64,000 nucleotides of DNA, taken from IMG/VR virus record IMGVR_UViG_3300006103_001171. One strand, written 5' to 3'. The notes below the pieces were generated by a model, which was given only the letters and a program-made list of their open reading frames with translations, was not told the origin of the DNA and ran no database searches. Shown piece after piece: positions 1 through 10,700 of this stretch. This DNA is from an uncultured virus (IMG/VR IMGVR_UViG_3300006103_001171) (taxonomy: Duplodnaviria > Heunggongvirae > Uroviricota > Caudoviricetes). A program made the position numbers and the translations under genes. Every line of letters starts with the position of its first letter. Position 1 is the stretch's first letter.

Positions 1-528
1 CTTACAACAAATTCAATATCAGCAACCACTTATCAAAATTTGCCTTTAGATATAAGAGTAACTGGTGGTACCTATTCTACTGGTACAGCTACTTTCACTA
101 ACAATACTGGGGGTACTTTTACTGTAACTGGGTTCAGTACGAGTAATGCTACTCAGTTTACTGGTGGTACTGTTACAGGTTCAACCCAATTTACTAATGG
201 ACTTTCGGCTAATACTATATCGGCTACAACAATAACTGGTGGTTCTTTAACATTAACAAATTTAATTAATTTAACTGGTACAACTAGTAGAATGGTTGAG
301 GTTAATACTGGTGGTACTGTAACCGCTACTACAAGTATAATTTCGGCATACTTAACATCTGGTGGTACAATAGCTAATTTGTTAGAAAATACTAGTAATT
401 GGGATATTGATGGTAACTATACTGGAAGCTCTATTACTGGAACATATCAAGGTCAAAAACACTATAATGGTAATTATCTTTTTGAGGCGGTTGCTGATAA
501 CTTATTTATAAGATTAATTAGAGGATAA
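1..528 (+). CDS. Fibre/virion-decoration protein, 5'-truncated by the window
   Basis: Frame is open from base 1 (LTTNSISATTYQNLPLDIRVTGG...), so the track's start at 40 is not the true start. Thr/Gly-rich; shares a ~67-aa module with the 1280..4165 protein. Confidence 0.65.
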   Translation, partial: LTTNSISATTYQNLPLDIRVTGGTYSTGTATFTNNTGGTFTVTGFSTSNATQFTGGTVTGSTQFTNGLSANTISATTITGGSLTLTNLINLTGTTSRMVEVNTGGTVTATTSIISAYLTSGGTIANLLENTSNWDIDGNYTGSSITGTYQGQKHYNGNYLFEAVADNLFIRLIRG

Positions 529-1265
529 TGATATTAAAATTTAATACTAGTGTATTATCGTATAATGGTAGAATTTTAAATTTTGTAACCCCATCTACAG
601 GTACAACTGGAAATTTGGTTACAACAGCTACGTTATCTAATGCGAGTATTGTATCTCAAAGTCCATTTACTGGTGCATCATCTGGTAATTCATATTCAGT
701 TACAGCATCTACAACATCCTATTTAAGTGTTTCTGGTCAAACAGGTTTTGCGATGGGTACTGGTGATTATACAATTGAATGGTTCCAATATGAAACCGAT
801 TCAAATTCATTCCCAAGGATATATTGGTATGGTAGTTCACCTAGTTTGGGTATGAGTTTAGAGGGTAGTTATTATTCTTGGGTTGGTGCTTCTGGAACAG
901 CATTAGGTACAAAGGGTGCTATAACAAATGCTTGGCAACACTTTGCTTTAGTTAGAATAAGTAGTAAACTTTACTTTTATAAGAATGGAACGTTAGTTTC
1001 TAGTGCTGGTGGGGTTAGTGATGCAAGTAATATTACTGATACAACATCAAATTTTATAATTGGTGCTAAAATAGGCGGTTTAACTAGTGAACAATTTGGT
1101 GGTTACATAACTAATTTTAGGGTTGTAAAGGGTCTAGGGGTTTATACTGGTAATTTTACAAGACCAACAAGTGTTTTAACAGCTGTAGCAGCTGCAAATC
1201 CTTACGGTGGAAGTAATACCGTAGAAATACCTAATGGTTACACAAAATTATTGTTAACACCTTAA
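528..1265 (+). CDS. LamG/concanavalin A-like lectin domain protein (putative fibre tip or adsorption protein)
   Basis: Motifs GDYTIEWF, WQHFALVR...LYFYKNG and FGGYITNFRVVKG are typical of phage LamG-like domains. Confidence 0.75.
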   Translation: MILKFNTSVLSYNGRILNFVTPSTGTTGNLVTTATLSNASIVSQSPFTGASSGNSYSVTASTTSYLSVSGQTGFAMGTGDYTIEWFQYETDSNSFPRIYWYGSSPSLGMSLEGSYYSWVGASGTALGTKGAITNAWQHFALVRISSKLYFYKNGTLVSSAGGVSDASNITDTTSNFIIGAKIGGLTSEQFGGYITNFRVVKGLGVYTGNFTRPTSVLTAVAAANPYGGSNTVEIPNGYTKLLLTP

Positions 1266-1279
1266 TATTTATTATATAT

Positions 1280-4165
1280 ATGGCAACTAAAAATATAAAT
1301 GCGGAAAAAATACAAGGTAATTTATCAATTACTTCTGTATCAGCTACAACATATCAAAATTTACCTTTAGACATAAGGGTTACTGGTGGTACTTATTCAG
1401 CTGGTACAGCCACCTTTACCAATAATACTGGTGGAACATTCACCGTTACTGGTTTTAGTACAAGTAATGCAACGCAGTTTACTGGTGGTACTGTTACTGG
1501 TGCGACCCAATTTACTAATGGACTTTCGGCTAATACTATATCAGCAACAACATATTATAATCTACCTTTAGACATAAGGGTTACTGGTGGTACTTATTCA
1601 GCTGGTACAGCAACTTTCACAAATAATACTGGTGGTACATTTACCGTTACTGGGCTTACAACACCATTTAATGGTGGGGTAGTATCTGGTGCGACTCAAT
1701 TTACTGGTGGCCTAACAGCTAATACAATAACAAAATCTGGTGGTACAGCAACACAAATTCTTGTGGCTAATGGTGGTGTTATAAGTGGTGGTACTGGTAT
1801 AAATATATCCGCTGGTACAATATCTGTTACGGGTGTAACTTCTGTTATTGTTCAAGACACTGGTACTGGTAGTACTGTAAGATGTGGTAATAATAACTTA
1901 GCTAGTGGTCTTTGTTCTGGTGCTCTTGCTGGTACTTATAACTGTGCAACAAATGCTAATTCTTTTGTTGGTGGTGGTACACATAATGTTGCTAGTGGTA
2001 CGGCAAGTGCTGTAAATGGTGGTATCTCTAATACATCATCTAATCAGTATTCAACAATAGGTGGTGGTAATACTAATTCGTCATCAGGTTACGCATCAAC
2101 AGTAGGTGGTGGTCATACCAATTCATCATCAGGTTATGCATCAACAGTAAGTGGTGGTTATGGTAATGCATCTGTTGCTTATTATTCAACAGTAGGTGGT
2201 GGGTTAAGTAATACCGCTTCTGGTTATTGTTCATTTATTGGTGGTGGTACTTATAATAGTAGTAAGTGTTTTAATTCAGCACTAATTGGTGGACAAAATA
2301 ATTCATCATCGGGTTATTTTTCAACAGTTGGTGGTGGTAGATTTGTTAAGGCAATAAATGCTTATTCAACAGTTGTTGGTGGGTTAAGTAATTCGGCTTA
2401 CTGTAATTATTCATTTATAGGTGGTGGTAGACACAATAAAATAAGAAAAGATATAAATGGTACTGTATCTTCACCTCTTTGCGGTAGCGGTGCTAGTGTT
2501 ATTGCTGGTGGTCAAGGTAACGCTTTAGTCGGTTATAATAATTTTATTGGGGGTGGTGTGATGAATACTATAGGTTGTGGATTACAAACTTATAATATTA
2601 TTAGTAATTGTAATAATTCAATTTGTGTTCAAGGAAATCAACCACAATTAAATGAACATTATGTTGAATATTATAATAACAGTGATTGTTTAGTATATGG
2701 TGGACGTATAATATATTCATCGTATTATGGAGGTTATTCAATTTTTTCAACAACTTTTTATGCGGGAAACAATGCTGGTGGTAATAAATTATATGATTTA
2801 ACTTCATTAACTAATACCAATAAATGTTATCATCATTCAATAATTGTTGGTGGTAAAATGAATACAATTTCTGGTAAATATAGTCCGAGTTCATTCATTG
2901 GTGGTGGATATAGAAATACCGCTTCTGGTTATTGTTCAATAGTTGTTGGTGGTGGTTATAATTGTTCAAATGGTTCGGGTTCATTTATTGGTGGTGGTGG
3001 TGGTAATAGTATAAGTGGTACGTATAATTGTCAATCGTCAATAGTTGGTGGCCGTAATAATAGTGTTTCTAGTAGTTCTAGTGGGTTTTCATTCATTGGT
3101 GGTGGGACTTGTAATTCAATAAGTGGTTATGATTCTGCTAATTCATTCATTGGTGGTGGTGCTTTTAATAGTATTTCTGGTTGGTACGCCTATTGGTCTA
3201 CAATTAGTGGTGGTTATGGTAATCAGATTACTGGATATAATTCATGTTATTCAACGATAAGTGGTGGTAGGAATAATAGTATTTCTGGATATAATTCAGG
3301 TTGGTCAACGATAAGTGGTGGTAGATTTAATACAATTTCTGGTTGTTATACTCTTTATTCAACAATAGGTGGTGGTCATGGTAATCAGATTACTGGTACA
3401 AATTCACAGTATTCAACAATAAGTGGTGGATATAATAATTATATTAATGGAACAAATTCACAGTATTCAACAATAGGTGGTGGTGTTGGTAATCAAATTT
3501 CTGGACAATATTCATATTATTCAACAATAGGTGGTGGTCATGGTAATCAGATTACTGGTACAAATTCATGTTATTCAACAATATCTGGTGGTAGGGTAAA
3601 TTACATTTCTGGAACTAATTCATGTTATTCAACAATAGGTGGTGGTTACGATAATCAGATTTCTGGAGATAATTCATACCTCTCAACAATAGGTGGTGGT
3701 ATAATTAATACAATTTCTGGTTGTTATACTCTTTATTCAACGATAAGTGGTGGTTATAATAATCAGATTACTGGAACTAATTCACGATATTCAACAATAA
3801 GTGGTGGGATACATAATTATATTAATGGTATAAATTCATTGGGTTCAACGATAAATGGAGGTGTAGGTAATTGTATATGTGGTACATACTCACAATATTC
3901 TACAATAGCTGGTGGTTATAGTAATTGTATTTCTGGGCAATATTCATTTGCTGCTGGATATGGTAATACAGTATCAGGTAGTTACTCAGCAGCTATAGGA
4001 TTTGGGTTAAATGCAACTAGTTGGTGCACTTTATATATAAATAATTTAGTATCACCAACAATACAAACTAAAAATTATACAAATGACACAACAGCCGCTA
4101 CTGGTGGAATACCAGTAGGTGGGGTATATCATACCGCAGGTGTATTAAAAATAAGATTAACATAA
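1280..4165 (+). CDS. Long fibre protein with GGxxN-type beta-helix/beta-roll repeats
   Basis: Two N-terminal LPLDIRVTGGTY modules, then many 15-18-aa repeats (STIGGGxxNxISG). C-terminal motif GGIPVGGVYHTAGVLKIR. Confidence 0.75.
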   Translation: MATKNINAEKIQGNLSITSVSATTYQNLPLDIRVTGGTYSAGTATFTNNTGGTFTVTGFSTSNATQFTGGTVTGATQFTNGLSANTISATTYYNLPLDIRVTGGTYSAGTATFTNNTGGTFTVTGLTTPFNGGVVSGATQFTGGLTANTITKSGGTATQILVANGGVISGGTGINISAGTISVTGVTSVIVQDTGTGSTVRCGNNNLASGLCSGALAGTYNCATNANSFVGGGTHNVASGTASAVNGGISNTSSNQYSTIGGGNTNSSSGYASTVGGGHTNSSSGYASTVSGGYGNASVAYYSTVGGGLSNTASGYCSFIGGGTYNSSKCFNSALIGGQNNSSSGYFSTVGGGRFVKAINAYSTVVGGLSNSAYCNYSFIGGGRHNKIRKDINGTVSSPLCGSGASVIAGGQGNALVGYNNFIGGGVMNTIGCGLQTYNIISNCNNSICVQGNQPQLNEHYVEYYNNSDCLVYGGRIIYSSYYGGYSIFSTTFYAGNNAGGNKLYDLTSLTNTNKCYHHSIIVGGKMNTISGKYSPSSFIGGGYRNTASGYCSIVVGGGYNCSNGSGSFIGGGGGNSISGTYNCQSSIVGGRNNSVSSSSSGFSFIGGGTCNSISGYDSANSFIGGGAFNSISGWYAYWSTISGGYGNQITGYNSCYSTISGGRNNSISGYNSGWSTISGGRFNTISGCYTLYSTIGGGHGNQITGTNSQYSTISGGYNNYINGTNSQYSTIGGGVGNQISGQYSYYSTIGGGHGNQITGTNSCYSTISGGRVNYISGTNSCYSTIGGGYDNQISGDNSYLSTIGGGIINTISGCYTLYSTISGGYNNQITGTNSRYSTISGGIHNYINGINSLGSTINGGVGNCICGTYSQYSTIAGGYSNCISGQYSFAAGYGNTVSGSYSAAIGFGLNATSWCTLYINNLVSPTIQTKNYTNDTTAATGGIPVGGVYHTAGVLKIRLT

Positions 4166-4219
4166 TAAATGTGTTTAATAACATATTTATAATAATAAAA
4201 ATAAAAAAAAATAAAAAAA

Positions 4220-4558
4220 ATGATTTACGCTAAAATTAATCCAGTTGCTACAAAGGTAGAACAAATTACACCATTTTCAAGTACGACAATAACAGCAGAT
4301 ACAATAACTGCAATTGCTCGTCCATATATTTTAGGTTCAGATAAAACTAGATTTGAAGTTAAATATGGTAACGTAACTTTAGATGAAAATAACATTGTAA
4401 TTAAATTTAATAATATATTATCAAGTGAATCAATATTAACTTCTGAACAATTATCTACTTGGGGTTCTGATGATTCAGTAGTACTTAATATTATTGCAAC
4501 AAGTTTAGGAACATCAGTTACAGAAATTTTAAGTGGTGCCACTAGAAATATGTTCTAA
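4220..4558 (+). CDS. Hypothetical protein, possibly fibre-associated
   Basis: 112-aa ORF with an ATATTTAT motif and A-rich leader, directly after the fibre gene. Confidence 0.6.
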   Translation: MIYAKINPVATKVEQITPFSSTTITADTITAIARPYILGSDKTRFEVKYGNVTLDENNIVIKFNNILSSESILTSEQLSTWGSDDSVVLNIIATSLGTSVTEILSGATRNMF

Positions 4559-4562
4559 AGTA

Positions 4563-4593
4563 TTGACAAATAGGATTTATATTCATAAATTTA
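4563..4593 (+). promoter_or_regulatory. Putative host-type promoter for the glycosyl/sulfo cassette
   Basis: TTGACA-N17-TAAATT (equivalently TTG-N20-TAAATTTA), ending 4 nt before the ATG at 4598. Confidence 0.55.
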
Positions 4594-4597
4594 CCCT

Positions 4598-5473
4598 ATG
4601 AATATAATTTTTCAAATTAATGGTGGTATGGGTAAGTGTATCATGGCCACCGCAGTATGTGAAGCTATAAAAAAACAATACCCAGATGATACTTTAATTG
4701 TAGTATCTGGCTACCCAGACGTGTTTTTAAATAACCCAAATATTGATAGAACATACGCATTTAATGGGTTTTCTTATTTCTATGAAGATTACATAGAAAA
4801 TAAAAAATTTAAAGTTTTAGCTCACGACCCGTACTTAGAAACAACTCATTTGTTACAAAATGAACACCTTATTATTACATGGTGTAATATGTTTGGTATT
4901 ACTTATAATGGTGAACAACCTAAAATTTATCTTAGTGATAGAGAGAAGAAGTTTTACGGGAATAAGTATGTTTTTGAAAAACCAATCTTATTACTACAAA
5001 CAAATGGTGGTGCAAGTACTGATATGAAATATTCTTGGGCTAGGGATATTCCAGTTGTAGTTGCAGCCTCAGTAATTGATGAATTTAAAGATGCTTATAC
5101 AATTTTACACATAAGAAGAGATGACCAATTCATCTTAGAAAACACAATACCAGTTACAGATAATTTTAGGGCATTGGCAGTATTAATTAGTATTAGTAGA
5201 AAAAGATTATTCTTAGATAGCTTCGCACAACATACAGCAGCTGCTTTAAATATGAATTCAACCGTTTGTTGGATTGCTAATAAGCCAGAAGTATTCGGTT
5301 ATGAATTACACGATAATATCATAGCAAATCATTTTACCGTTAAACCAGAACTTAAGGGTTCATATTTACAAAAATTTAATATTAGTGGCGATTTATTAGA
5401 ATTTCCTTTTAATAGTGAAAAGGAAATCTTTAATATCGAACAAATAATTAATTCAATTAAAAAGCAAAAGTAA
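4598..5473 (+). CDS. GT-B fold glycosyltransferase (GT9/heptosyltransferase-like)
   Basis: N-terminal GGMGKCIMATAVCEAIKKQYP, FLNNPNID and C-terminal FLDSFAQHTAAAL match the GT9 family pattern. Confidence 0.75.
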   Translation: MNIIFQINGGMGKCIMATAVCEAIKKQYPDDTLIVVSGYPDVFLNNPNIDRTYAFNGFSYFYEDYIENKKFKVLAHDPYLETTHLLQNEHLIITWCNMFGITYNGEQPKIYLSDREKKFYGNKYVFEKPILLLQTNGGASTDMKYSWARDIPVVVAASVIDEFKDAYTILHIRRDDQFILENTIPVTDNFRALAVLISISRKRLFLDSFAQHTAAALNMNSTVCWIANKPEVFGYELHDNIIANHFTVKPELKGSYLQKFNISGDLLEFPFNSEKEIFNIEQIINSIKKQK

Positions 5474-6382
5474 TTGCAAAACCCTTTTAAAAATATAAAA
5501 TCATATACCAAACCCAAAAGTAACAATATTGCGGTATGTTCTGTTTTTTTTAATGCTGGTAATTTTACTAAAACAATAATGAATAATCTATATGTGGATA
5601 ATCTTCTTAAAAAAAGTGAAATACCTCATTATATGATTGAATTAATTTATCCAAATCAAAAACCAACATTTATTGAAAGTGAATTTGTATTTCACGTTAA
5701 ATCTAATTCATACATGTTTCATAAAGAAAATTTATTTAACATTTTAGTAAATAATTTACCTAAGCACATAAACAAGATTGTTTGTTTGGATGGTGATGTT
5801 ATTTTTGAGAATAAAGATTGGATAAATGATGTTGATAGCGAATTAGATAAATATGATGTTGTAGTACCGTATCATGATGGTTGTAATTTAGACCCTTATT
5901 TTGATAAGGTCTTATTTCATGCTAAAACGCTTTTAGATATTAGATATGATACTGATGATGGTCCATTTTGTTCTGGTTATGCAATAGCATTCAGACGTAG
6001 TTTTTTTGAAACTATAGGTATGTATGAATATGCTATTTTCGGTGGTGGGGATAAGATGAACTTAGTTAATTATATAAGACGACCAATAATGATTAATTCA
6101 TTTAATTCAACAAAAAAAGATGATTATATTCAAAAACTAAAGTCCTTAAATTTAACATATTCTTATTTAGGTGGTATAGTCTATCATTTATATCATGGTA
6201 ACGCTTTAGATAGAAAGTATTTAGATAGACATGTACTTTTACAAGGTTTACAATTAGACACTGAAATTACAAAAAATGCTGATGGTGTTTTAGAATTTGT
6301 AAACCCACAGAAATATAATAAAATAATGTATGATTATTTCATTGGAAGAAATGAAGATTATATAGACCCAAATTTACTTTAA
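5474..6382 (+). CDS. GT-A fold glycosyltransferase (GT2/GT7-like), TTG start
   Basis: DxD motif (LDGDVIF), FFETIGMYEYAIFGGGD and YHLYHG. Confidence 0.7.
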   Translation: MQNPFKNIKSYTKPKSNNIAVCSVFFNAGNFTKTIMNNLYVDNLLKKSEIPHYMIELIYPNQKPTFIESEFVFHVKSNSYMFHKENLFNILVNNLPKHINKIVCLDGDVIFENKDWINDVDSELDKYDVVVPYHDGCNLDPYFDKVLFHAKTLLDIRYDTDDGPFCSGYAIAFRRSFFETIGMYEYAIFGGGDKMNLVNYIRRPIMINSFNSTKKDDYIQKLKSLNLTYSYLGGIVYHLYHGNALDRKYLDRHVLLQGLQLDTEITKNADGVLEFVNPQKYNKIMYDYFIGRNEDYIDPNLL

Positions 6383-6383
6383 T

Positions 6384-7202
6384 ATGATAGAACAAATATT
6401 TTATCAGAGTTCAATGCCTCGTGCGGGTTCAACTCTATTACAAAACATTTTAGCACAAAATCCAGATATATACGCGACACCAACATCTGGTGTTCTTGAA
6501 TTAATTTTTGCTGCTAGAGGTAATTACACCTCATCACCTGAGTTTAAAGCACAAGACCCTGAATTGATGAAATCAGGATTCCTTAACTTTTGTAAAGAAG
6601 GTATGTATGGATTTTATAATGGGATTACGGATAAAAAGTATGTTATCGATAAGAGTAGAGGGTGGGGAATTCATTATGATTTTTTAAACCTTATACATGG
6701 TAACCCAAAGATTATATGTATGGTTAGGGACCCTAGGGATATATTTACATCAATGGAAAAAAACTTTAGAAAAGCTAGTGATAAAGCAAGTCCGTTGGTT
6801 GATTGGAGTAAAATGCAAGGAACAACGACACCTAAGCGTATTGATATGTGGGTTCAAAATCCACCAGTTGGTATGGCATTTGAACGTTTAGGTGAAATGA
6901 TTAGAATGGGTATTGATAGTAAAATTCATTTTGTAAGATTTGAAGACTTGTGTCTTTATCCAGAACAAACTCTAGGTAAGATATATGCTTATTTAGATAT
7001 TCCATATTTTAAACATGATTTTGATAATATCGAACAAATAACAAAAGAAGATGATGAAGTTTATGGTGTGTATGGTGACCATACTATCAGAACAACACTT
7101 GAACCAGTTACATCTAAAGCTAAGGAAATTCTAGGTAAGGATGTTTGTGATTGGATAATGAATAATTATAAATGGTATAACGATAAATTTAGATACAAAT
7201 GA
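6384..7202 (+). CDS. PAPS-dependent sulfotransferase (Sulfotransfer_3 / TPST-like)
   Basis: 5'-PSB loop SMPRAGSTLL, 3'-PB motif KIICMVRDPRD and VRFEDL. Confidence 0.85.
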   Translation: MIEQIFYQSSMPRAGSTLLQNILAQNPDIYATPTSGVLELIFAARGNYTSSPEFKAQDPELMKSGFLNFCKEGMYGFYNGITDKKYVIDKSRGWGIHYDFLNLIHGNPKIICMVRDPRDIFTSMEKNFRKASDKASPLVDWSKMQGTTTPKRIDMWVQNPPVGMAFERLGEMIRMGIDSKIHFVRFEDLCLYPEQTLGKIYAYLDIPYFKHDFDNIEQITKEDDEVYGVYGDHTIRTTLEPVTSKAKEILGKDVCDWIMNNYKWYNDKFRYK

Positions 7203-7627
7203 TAATTTGGTTAACTGGCCAGCCAAGTTCTGGTAAAACAACAATAGGAAAGGAGTTATTAAAAAGAAAAGAATTTAGTAACGCATTTTTAATTGATGGT
7301 GATAAATTAAGGGAATTATTCAATAATCAAGACTATTCTGAAAAAGGTAGAAGAGAAAATATTGAATTAGCTCAGAATTTAGCTTACTACATTAATGATA
7401 ATTTTAAAACGGTTATCGTTGCAATGGTATCCCCATACAGGGACCAAAGAGAACGTTTTAAGGAAAAAATGGGTGAAGATATTAAAGAATATTATATACA
7501 TACAAGTGAAATTAGAGGTAGGGAAAACTTCCATGTAAGTGATTATGAACCACCATTATTTAATTTTATAGATATCGATACAACAGCAAAAACACCTGAA
7601 GAGTCATCAAAATTAATATCAATTTAA
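7199..7627 (+). CDS. cysC: Adenylylsulfate (APS) kinase, short phage type
   Basis: IWLTGQPSSGKTT P-loop, LIDGDKLR, YSEKGRRENI and VSPYRDQR. Overlaps the sulfotransferase stop (ATGA). Confidence 0.85.
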   Translation: MIIWLTGQPSSGKTTIGKELLKRKEFSNAFLIDGDKLRELFNNQDYSEKGRRENIELAQNLAYYINDNFKTVIVAMVSPYRDQRERFKEKMGEDIKEYYIHTSEIRGRENFHVSDYEPPLFNFIDIDTTAKTPEESSKLISI

Positions 7628-7716
7628 AGATATTTTAAACATTTCTAAGAATAACTTATTTTTCTGTTTTTTTTGAATATTTATTAATAACAATAATTAA
7701 ATTAAAAAAAAACAAT

Positions 7717-10700
7717 ATGGCAAATCAAGTATTCGTTAGTCCAGGTGTTTACACTTCAGAATTAGACCTAACATATGTAACCCGTCAAGTAGGTGTTACA
7801 ACATTAGGGTTGGTCGGTGAAACAACAAAAGGACCAGCTTTTCAACCAATTTTCATTAGTGATTATGGTGGCTTCCAAACATTTTTTGGGGGGTTAGATA
7901 ATACATTAGTAAATGGACCAGATGGTAATGGTGCTCCATTGTATGAGTTACCATACATTGCAAAATCTTACTTATCTCAATCAAATCAGTTATTCGTAAC
8001 AAGGATATTGGGTCTTTCTGGATACCATGCTGGTTTAGCTTGGGGTATCACGCTTAGTGCGGCATTAGACCCGACAACAACTGGTACATCATATGTTTCA
8101 ACTTATACAGCAAATTATACAGTTACTACTGGTGATACTCTTTATAGTATCCAAACAACTGATAGTAATTTAAATGCTTATTATCAACAAAACCCATCAG
8201 CATTTAGCTTTTTGGCTGGTGCAACTACTGGGCAAAGCTATACAATATACATACCACAAGTTAAAAATGGTCTTATATTTAGTGGTGGTTATATTACATT
8301 TAATATTATTTCTGCCAGTGTTACACCATTTATTACTGCTGGTACAGTAACAAATATTTACCCAAATTCTGGTTCATCAACTTTATTAACTTATAAACTT
8401 ACAACAGGTGGTACTCTTACTTCAATTGTATCTACTGATTCATTTGTTAATCAAGTTTATACCGCAACACCTAGTTATTTTAATTTATTTATTACAGCAG
8501 CAACTGGTACAGCACAAAATATACTAATACCACAAACATCAGATGGTACAACATTCTATGGTGGTAATATTAATTCAAAAGTTCTTTCAACTGGTTATAC
8601 AGATGCATCAATACCTGTTTCAGCAAGTTCACCAACTAATTTTACATATACTGCGTCATCAAATAGTAATGTTCTTTATGGTATAACATCTACTGATTCA
8701 TTTGTTAATCAAATTTATGCTGCTAGTGCAAGTAGTTTTAATTTCTTAACTGGTGCTACAATTGGTACACAACAAATTTTAACTGAACCAACATTATTAT
8801 ATGGTGGTAATAACTATAGTGGTGGTTATATAACAATTAATGTTGCTACAACTGGTTACTCTAGTAGCATATTAACTGGTAATTCTATATCACAATTTTT
8901 TGGTACATATTCAGCAAGTACTGGAAATACACTTTATTCAACAACAGCAACTGCTGGTGGTGGTGCTAACGCATATAATCAATATTATCAACAAAATCCA
9001 TCAGCATTTACCTTTATAGCTAGTGGTGTTAGTCAAACAATACAAACCCCAAATGTTTATAACGGTATTCTTTATAGTTACAATACATTAGCTATTACAC
9101 CATATGCAACTGGTTATACAAATGGTGGTAATATAACAGCTGTTGGTAATGCAAATATATACCCAGATACTAGTGGTAATGCTCTATTCTCATATACAGC
9201 TTCAACCACAGCAAATACACTTAGTAGTTTTGTATCAACGGATGCAATAACAAATCAAATTTATGCTGCTAGTGCAAGTAACTTTAACTTCTTAACTGGT
9301 GCTACATTAAATTCAACTGGTTCTTTAGCTACAGCTTATGCTCCAAACGGAATTAATTTTAATTATAGTGGTATTAATTATAATATTAATGTATTAAATT
9401 ATACAACACCAGTAACAAGTGCTATAACTTCTGGATATACCGCTGTATATTCAGCTAGTACTAATGGTATACTTTATTCTACATATAGTCTTAATAATTC
9501 AATATATAACTTAGTTTACGCTGCTAATCCAGTTCCTTTTTACTTCTTAGCAACAGCTAATACTGGTGCAACAAGTAATATTGCTATAACACGCACACAA
9601 ATTGGTGCTTACTTTAGTGGTGGTAATGTAAGTGTAAATGTACTTTCAACTGGTTTTACAAGTCCATCTAGTGTAAATACAGCTGGAACAGTTGGTGTTG
9701 GAAGTAATTACATAACAAATTTAAATGGTGTTGTATCTTCTTACGCATTGACTAATGTATATGGTAACCCAAATTATGTTACTTATTTTAGTGGTTCAGT
9801 ATCACCTTCAGCGTTTACTTTCTTAAATACTGCTAGTACTGGTACTATAACTGGTCCAACATCAAATAACGGTGCTTACTTTACTGGTGGTAGTATTGCA
9901 GTAAGTGTACTTTCAACAGGTTATACAAACCCATCTAGTTTAACAGCATCTACTTCAGTATTTAATGGTACATTCTCTGCAACAACTGGTGGTACACTTA
10001 ATACAACAAGTGCAACTGGTGGTGCTGGTTCAGGTTTATATAACTCAGCTTATGCGGCTACACCAAGTGCATTTAACTTCTTAGCAACTGGTGGTACTTA
10101 TTCAGTTGTAAATGCGCCATCATCGTCTAACGGTGCTAATTTTACTAGTGCAAATACTGTAACAATAGTTGCTTTTGCAACTGGTTATACAAACCCATCT
10201 AGTGCAACAACAGCAACTACACAGTTTACTGGTGTATACTCAGCAAGTACTGGTAATACTCTTTATTCAACAAGTGCAGTTGGTGCTGGTTCAGGTTTAT
10301 ATAACTCAACTTATGCAACTACACCAAGTGCGTTTAACTTCTTAACTGGTGGTACAGGTGGAATTGTAACAATAGGTCAATCATCAAATGGTATTAACTA
10401 TAGTAGTGGTACACTTAATTTAAGTGTTCTTTCAACTGGTTATACAAACCCATCAAGTGGTACAACTGTTAGTACATCAGCTTATACAGCAACGTTCTCG
10501 GCTAATTCAAGTAATTTACTTTACACAACTAGTGGTTCAACACCATTGTATAATAGTACATATAGTGTAAATCCTAATATATTTAACGTAATATCTTCAA
10601 CAGCTACAGGTACAACAGTTAACTTAGCAACAACTTACACACCAAATGGTATTAATTATAGTGGTGCAAATATTAGCGCATATATAGTTTCGACTGGTTA

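Noticed and set aside
1..4165. Possible diversity-generating retroelement template/variable repeat pairs among fibre repeats
   Set aside because: Differences are mostly synonymous and not adenine-specific, all copies are coding, and no reverse transcriptase is present in the window.
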